Shown in pieces: positions 57,936-64,000 of a stretch of 64,000 bases of DNA; positions within the stretch are counted from its first letter, which is position 1; each line of letters begins with the position of its first letter. Origin of the DNA: Basidiobolus meristosporus CBS 931.73. Taxonomy: Eukaryota > Fungi > Basidiobolomycota. The notes under the pieces were generated by a model that was not told where the DNA came from, did not search any database, and worked only from the letters and a program-made list of their open reading frames with translations. The stretch covers positions 1-64,000 of the forward strand of contig MCFE01000356.1 of NCBI GenBank assembly GCA_002104905.1, written 5' to 3'. The translations under genes were made by a program, and so were the position numbers.

Positions 57936-60900
57936 ATGAGCAATTCTAACACGGATACCTTGTCGCAAGGTTCCAGGAGCCGAAAGATGCCTCTTTTTGA
58001 TTCGCCCAATACCTTATCTTTCTCGTCTAACGAACTTGAGGTCATAGACTATAGTACGCTGGGCGTTCTTCGTGACCACAAGCCAAAGAATAAACCTAAG
58101 GGCAACCAGAAGCCTCGTCCAAAGGCCAAGAATCTACCCAACAAAGGCGGGGATTTGAAAGATAGCAAAGAGTTCAATGAAGACCACCATGCCGTTCCGT
58201 TCGATTACAGTACTCTAAATTCTCAGACCTCGCTCAGCCAATCGCCCAATATCAAGACCAGAAAGACCAATGCTCGCAAGGACAAAAAGGGGCTTAGCGG
58301 ATTGGGTACAAATGTAGCCGGCCTCACGAACGATACTATCCCGGTGCTAAATGAAAAGGACACCACGAAAACCCCAAAGAAAAAGAAAAAGGCTTCGACG
58401 GAGAAAAATATGCAGGAGGACCTTCACGAGGTTGAGGATCTCGCGCAATCCATGAGCAAAATCGATATAGCAGCCAAGCCTAACTCCTCTGGCCAACAAA
58501 CCTCGGAGCTCCCAACAAAACTACCTTCAAAGCCTGAAAGCCAGAGCAGAGCTGCTCAATCCAAAACCCCAAAGAAAGGGAAGCAGACCCCACTAAAATC
58601 GAACTCAAAGAAGTCACTTGACAAACCTTCAGCCTCTTCCATAAGCGAGAAGTTGAAAGCGGAGGCGGCAATGGAGGTGGATGGGGCTGAAGTTATAGTG
58701 AAAGGTGAAAGCAGTCGAGGTGCTCCGAGAAAGAAATCCGCTAGCAAGCCAGCAGAGGATCTGGCAACTAAAGCTGAGAAAGAAGGGAATCGAAGCAAGA
58801 AAAACGAAACCAAAACACCACGCAAGCAAATCCGGCAAAAGAAAGAAGCTGGAAGTAGCCAAACGCCGAAAGGTAGGAGCAGTAGTTGGGATCGTAATAT
58901 CTTGTCGAGCCATCGAGATTTATTGTTTGTTGCCAATTAGCTGCTAGAAATGAGGAGTCCTCAAGCAAGCCAGTTGCCGATAAACCTTCAGGTAAAGCCT
59001 ACTTAAATATCGATTCAAAGCTCTATCTAATAATCAGACGATCGTCCAGCCACCGTTCAGAAACACAAGCAGAGGTCTGTGTACGAGAAATACTTGACCA
59101 CCAAAGAATTGGCAGCTGGGTTGTCGCAGAACACTATTTATCGTGGAAAATTGCGTATCAACAAGAGAAATCGCTCAGACGCTTACGTTATCTCCGACGC
59201 CTTTGACAACGATATTTATATCTGGGGCACTAACCTCCGAAACCGTGCGCTGGAGGGAGACTCTGTTGCAGTCACTCTCTTGGAAGGGAGAAAGTTGGAG
59301 GATGTTAAAGAGCAGCGCGCCAAGCATGCCGAGAAACGAGGCCGTCAGTTGAATGACGGTAAGTGTGTTTCTTTCAGAACAACATCCATTGATCCCTTAC
59401 TTAGATGTGTGAATAGAAGACGGCGGGAAATTGCAATATGGCGAGGTTGTTTATATATATGAACGTGCCAATGGAAACCAGTACTCCGGAACACTGGTGC
59501 TTCAGAGGCCCAACGAAGCCAGTTCTCAACACAAAAAAGAGCTCAAATTCGTTTGGTTCATACCAACAGACAAACGCGTGCCGTATATCATAATCCCCAT
59601 TCGAAACGTTCCAAAGGACTTCATCGCTGACCCCGAGGCATACAGCAACCAATTACTGGTGGCTTCCATCCATGATTGGCCTGTCCATAGCATGCACCCC
59701 TTCGGGAAAGTTGTTCGCAAAATTGGGTCCATCGGTAACCTTGCTGCGGAGACTGAGGCTCTTCTTGCGGACAACAATGTTCGCACTGAGGACTTTGGGC
59801 CCAAGGTAAAGGAGTGTCTGCCGAAGCTCCCATGGAGCATTCCCAAGAGCGAGTTCAAGGTGCGGAGAGATCTGCGACGTGAAAGAGTGTTTACCATCGA
59901 TCCGGCCTCCGCAAAGGACTTGGACGACGCGGTTTCCTGTCGTAGGCTTCCTGACGGCAATCTTGAGATCGGTGTACATATTGCCGATGTAACCTACTTC
60001 GTTAAACCGGGAACTGCCTTGGACCGCGAGGCGAGACTAAGAGCAACCACGGTGTATCTTGTCGAGAAAGCTATACCGATGCTTCCTCATATCCTGTGCC
60101 AAGAGCTGTGTAGCTTAAACCCTGGTGTTGATCGATTGGCCTTCTCTGTGATGTGGAAGATGTCACCCCAGGCGGAGGTACTAGATGTATGGTTCGGCAG
60201 AACCGTGATCAATTCTTGCTGCAGGCTCGCCTACGAACAAGCCCAAGAGGTCATCCTCGGGAAGCCTCTCGATCCAAGCATTACACTGTATGGCCAGCCA
60301 AAAGACGAGATCGAAACCGATATCAAGACCTTCTACCAGCTCTCGCAGATCATGCGTACTCGTCGGTTTGAGAGCGGCGCACTTTCAATCAACTCGATTA
60401 GACTTCATTTCGAGCTGAACTCAGACGGGATTCCCACGTCATGCAACGTGTACGATATCAAAGACAGTAACCGTCTAATTGAGGAGTTTATGCTCCTTGC
60501 CAATATCAGCGTGGCCGAAAAAATATCAGCTGCCTACCCGGAACAGGCGTTTCTTCGTAGACACCCGTCGCCAGTTGAAAAGCGACTGCTTGAATTCACC
60601 AAGATCGCAGAAGAGCTGGGCTACGATATCGACATCGAGACAGCAGGAGCCCTCCAGAAATCATTGAACTCGATCGGATCGGTCTCCACCCAGCATGTTC
60701 TGAAAACGCTGTGCATAAAGCCGATGCAACGGGCCAAGTACTTTTGTGCTGGATCCATAGAGCCAGAACGGTACCGCCATTATGCCTTGAATGTGCCGTT
60801 GTACACCCATTTTACGTCGCCCATTCGCCGATATGCTGATGTGATTGTTCATCGAGAACTGCAAAGCGCATTGCTTGAGAAGGACCGATTCAACGAGTCC

Positions 60901-61650
60901 GCAGAGAAGATCGACGCAATTGCTAACCACTGCAACAACAAGAAGGATTCGGCCAAAAATGCTCAAGAGACGAGCAGCCATATATACTTGGCAGTGTATT
61001 TGTACAACCTTACCCAGGCTTATGGGCCCATCGTGTGCACCGCCATCGTCGTGGATGTGGTTGAAAATGGCTTTGATGTTTTGATACCCCAGTACGGGAT
61101 TGAAAAGCGCATTTATCTCGACAAGCTTCCCATTGAGAATGCTACATGGGATTCGCAAAACAAAACCATCACGCTCAAGTGGAAGAAAGACACTCAGGTT
61201 GGTGCTGATCAAGACTCCGATGAGTTGCCACTGGACCTCAGTATGGATGAGATTTGCTTTGAAGAAAGCAGCTGCGCCACTGCTGTTGAGAACGATTATT
61301 CGCATCTATCAAGTATGAATGATGCCGATTATCTTGAGGAATGTTTCGACGACTCTGGGGAAGTACTTGTGGAAGACAATACTGACGAACTATACGAGAA
61401 ATTGTCTGTATTTGAGCAAGGAGACAGCGAGGCTCAGCTACCATATGCCATTACTAAGCCCAAAGCACCTCAGAGCCAACTTCTACAGACTGAATTGAAT
61501 TTCAACTTGCACGGAGACACCCAAACAATCAAGATACTTGGTCATGTCAATGCACTTGTCACCTCGGACATATCCGTTTCACCAGCAAACATCAATGTTT
61601 TGGCTGTCAACCCACTAGTTCCGTTGGACAAGACTGCCCTCTCGGACTGA
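57936..61650 (+). CDS. DIS3L2: RNase II/RNB-family exoribonuclease DIS3L2-like, spliced
   Basis: GKLRINKRNRSDAYV, NRALEGD.VAV, FTIDPASAKDLDDA, GVHIADV, LIEEFMLLAN, HYALNVPLYTHFTSPIRRYAD; no PIN domain. Confidence 0.88.
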
Positions 61651-62069
61651 GCCTAAATCTGTGTCTCGAAACCACCGGCACTCAACGATGAAGGTCTTGT
61701 TCATGGGATTTGGTGGGGCCTGGCCACTCGATGTTACAAGTTCGCAAAGCCTAGACTCAACCTAACTTGTATATTATGTATCTATCATATATTCTATTGA
61801 CGTATTTTCCTTCAAGTCCCGCAACTTCCGAAGATATGTAAGTGTAGAGAATGATTATATACTATTCCCCTCACCTCTTCCGTCACCAACACCAACGCCA
61901 AATCCCTCCCTATTATCCTAAGAATCCATAAAAACCCGGCTACGGTGCGAGTTTATTTACCAAGCTAGTACTTCATCTTTGGCCATTTTGGTTTAGTGTG
62001 GATTTGGGGAGGAATATCGCCACTAAGCATCATCAGCGAGGGTTAGTTACGCATCAAGCAGTGGTGAAT

Positions 62070-62318
62070 TCAGAAAGGCAACCTATCAAGTGTCTCCTCA
62101 GGGTTCACCGGCGTGATCTCAACACTGGGGTAGCCCGCGCATCTCAATGGCGAATCGTTAAGGTGATGTGGTGAGCATGATTATCTTGGCTGCACTTACT
62201 TTTTGAAAAGGCGCACGAATGGATTGCACACGATCTGCTTTTGACTCAGTTGGCAGTGGTACTGGGTGATCTCGGAGATGACGCAATCGGCTGAGCTATC
62301 TTCGTGGATCTTGGTCAT
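62070..62318 (-). CDS. SOM1: Som1-like mitochondrial inner-membrane peptidase accessory subunit (63 aa, two exons); absent from the ORF track
   Basis: Exons 62318-62200 and 62142-62070 (57-nt GTAAGT...AG intron) give MTKIHEDSSADCVISEITQYHCQLSQKQIVCNPFVRLFKKCAGYPSVEITPVNPEETLDRLPF. This fits the C..xEITQY.C...C.PF.RLF..C...VEIT pattern I recall for Som1. Confidence 0.75.
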
Positions 62319-62598
62319 TCAGCAGGAAATCAGGGGGAAAAGGGAGGAAAGCTTGTGAGGGGATGGAGGAGGGGGATGAAATACTGGATTCGACACGGAG
62401 GTCCCGTGGTTAATATTTATAGAAAAATTTTGCCCAAGTGCAGGCCATTTCAAGTTTATTAGTGGTGTTCTATGGTATTGCATTCATATACAGAGTGACG
62501 TGAGGTCACCGCTCCAGCAGTGCGTCAAGGTGGGCAGGGGGAATTAGGAAAGAAATATGACTGTAGAAGGGTGGGCTTGTTGCAGGCTTGTTGCAGGC

Positions 62599-64000
62599 TT
62601 ATTGTTTGCTAAGTAACCACTCGACAACCTCGCCCAGGAATTCTAGCTCGTGAAGCTTGGCGATGTTTCTCAGTACCGTCAGTTGTTTGTTAAGCTCTTT
62701 ACGAGACTGCGTGAGAACAAAGTTGCCAGAGCACTGGCAATATTCGGTCAGGTTCTCAGCCTTGACCAGACGGCATTTAGAGCATTTGAGGTCTTGCAAT
62801 TGATAGGCCGTGGTTTTGCGTTGGATGTTCTCGACAAGGGCGTCTTCGATGACTGATTTGTCGTACTCTTGCCTGCAACCGGGGCAGAGCCAAGGCTGGG
62901 GCACGCCGTCGACCGGAAGCAGGTCGGGATCTCGACAGAAATCGAAGTCCCTGCAATGGTTACAGTAGTCACAAATAAACTGCATGAGTTTGTATGATTC
63001 GCAAGGGTTTTGGAATTGCGCCTCGGTGCTGAACTCCCGGACCCCGATGAGATCGAGTAGGTTTCTACGGAGTATACGAACTTCTCTTTCGATGTCCTCG
63101 TCGAGACCAAACACTTGGCAAATGTATTTGATAAATTCGAGGGCGGGGTTGGTGAGTTTGATGTACGAGCCGGGTAGTTTGGGGAATGGATCCTGGCCTC
63201 CTTGGGTCGCCTTAAAATTCTCAAACACCTCCACCACCTCCGGCACCATCTTGAGCAGGCGTCTGGTAAAGTAATGACTGATAAATTTCTTCTTGAAGTC
63301 TACGTCGACGTCGCTTCCAACGATGTACGCCATGTTGTTGTTATCCTTGCGCCGCTCCACACGATGCTTGTGGCACTCGTAGATGAATTCAGCTATGACG
63401 ATCTGGAACTTCTCCTGGATCGCTACAGGAAGATAGTCCCTCATATTCCAATGCATCTCCACACTCGGCTCTCCACCCGCACTAGAGCCAATCTCTCCAG
63501 TGGTGATGATGCCACCGTAATTGGCAGAGTCCATCCACAGGGCGCTCTCCCAGAATTGCAGCGAATCGAAGTCAAGATCCTGGAAGAGCGGCTTCTGACG
63601 GATCGCATTGAAGATGTAGCTTCCATACATGGTGGCGCTGCCCATGGATGTTTTCGGGGTCGCCAGGATCACCTTGGAGAGACTCGCGTAAACGATCTTG
63701 GAGCCAAGGCGCTTGAACTCTCCGGTCAGTTGAACAAACACCTTTTGCATCATCTTGTGGATCAGGCCGTACAGACATGGATCATGCAGCTTGGATCCGG
63801 TGTTCATGACCCAGCGGTAGAAGTGGAGGATCATCATGTTGGCGAACCGGTTGTTGGTTTCAGCAAACTCGCGGCACCAACCCTTGATCATCGCCTTGAG
63901 CATGCCAAAGGTCTGCCCCGAAATGTAGCCGTCTCCATACGATACGCTGGACTCCACGTCCCCTGCCATGTGTTCATCAAGCGAGTGGGCAACCGAGTCA
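62599..64000 (-). CDS. POL2: DNA polymerase epsilon catalytic subunit, 3' end (runs off the window edge)
   Basis: HFYRWV...LHDP, FKRLGSKIVYA, LWMDSANYGG, W.M.DYLP, LEFIKYICQV, and C-terminal Cys clusters CDYC..C...CPGC and CSKC...C.CSG. The frame is open to base 64000. Confidence 0.96.
   Translation of the reverse strand, partial: DSVAHSLDEHMAGDVESSVSYGDGYISGQTFGMLKAMIKGWCREFAETNNRFANMMILHFYRWVMNTGSKLHDPCLYGLIHKMMQKVFVQLTGEFKRLGSKIVYASLSKVILATPKTSMGSATMYGSYIFNAIRQKPLFQDLDFDSLQFWESALWMDSANYGGIITTGEIGSSAGGEPSVEMHWNMRDYLPVAIQEKFQIVIAEFIYECHKHRVERRKDNNNMAYIVGSDVDVDFKKKFISHYFTRRLLKMVPEVVEVFENFKATQGGQDPFPKLPGSYIKLTNPALEFIKYICQVFGLDEDIEREVRILRRNLLDLIGVREFSTEAQFQNPCESYKLMQFICDYCNHCRDFDFCRDPDLLPVDGVPQPWLCPGCRQEYDKSVIEDALVENIQRKTTAYQLQDLKCSKCRLVKAENLTEYCQCSGNFVLTQSRKELNKQLTVLRNIAKLHELEFLGEVVEWLLSKQ

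Overview
Eukaryotic, intron-rich fungal DNA. Short GT-AG introns plus CENP-M, CSL, DIS3L2 and an SLC35C1-like gene suggest an early-diverging lineage such as Zoopagomycota or Mucoromycota (inference). The window has three compartments. (1) About 1-8.8 kb is CpG-depleted and repeat-rich. It holds an intronless Kelch+SNF2 pseudogene inactivated largely by CpG-type transitions. It also holds a head-to-tail array of 5'-truncated LINE-type retroelement units, five of which end in the same AAATAAAG + stem-loop + CCCTAA(CCC) telomere-like tail. The array includes a CpG-free, frame-intact reverse transcriptase and a possible tRNA-derived SINE partner. (2) About 8.8-19 kb is accessory: two tandem DHA14-type MFS transporters with a likely gene-conversion tract, an old yellow enzyme and a thaumatin-like protein. 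(3) About 19-64 kb is dense and mostly housekeeping (F-BAR/SH3, HP1, FPR2, ATP10, AP180, FHA factor, ceramidase, Sec14-like, CSL, CENP-M, RRP40, LCB1, CTK1, PRE8, SEC31, sugar-nucleotide transporter, DIS3L2, SOM1, POL2 3' end). It hides an intact 9-exon P450-fold gene lacking nearly all catalytic signatures, a CENP-M with a near-intact P-loop, and small spliced genes missed by the ORF track. All exon structures and alignments were traced by hand; no database searches were run.
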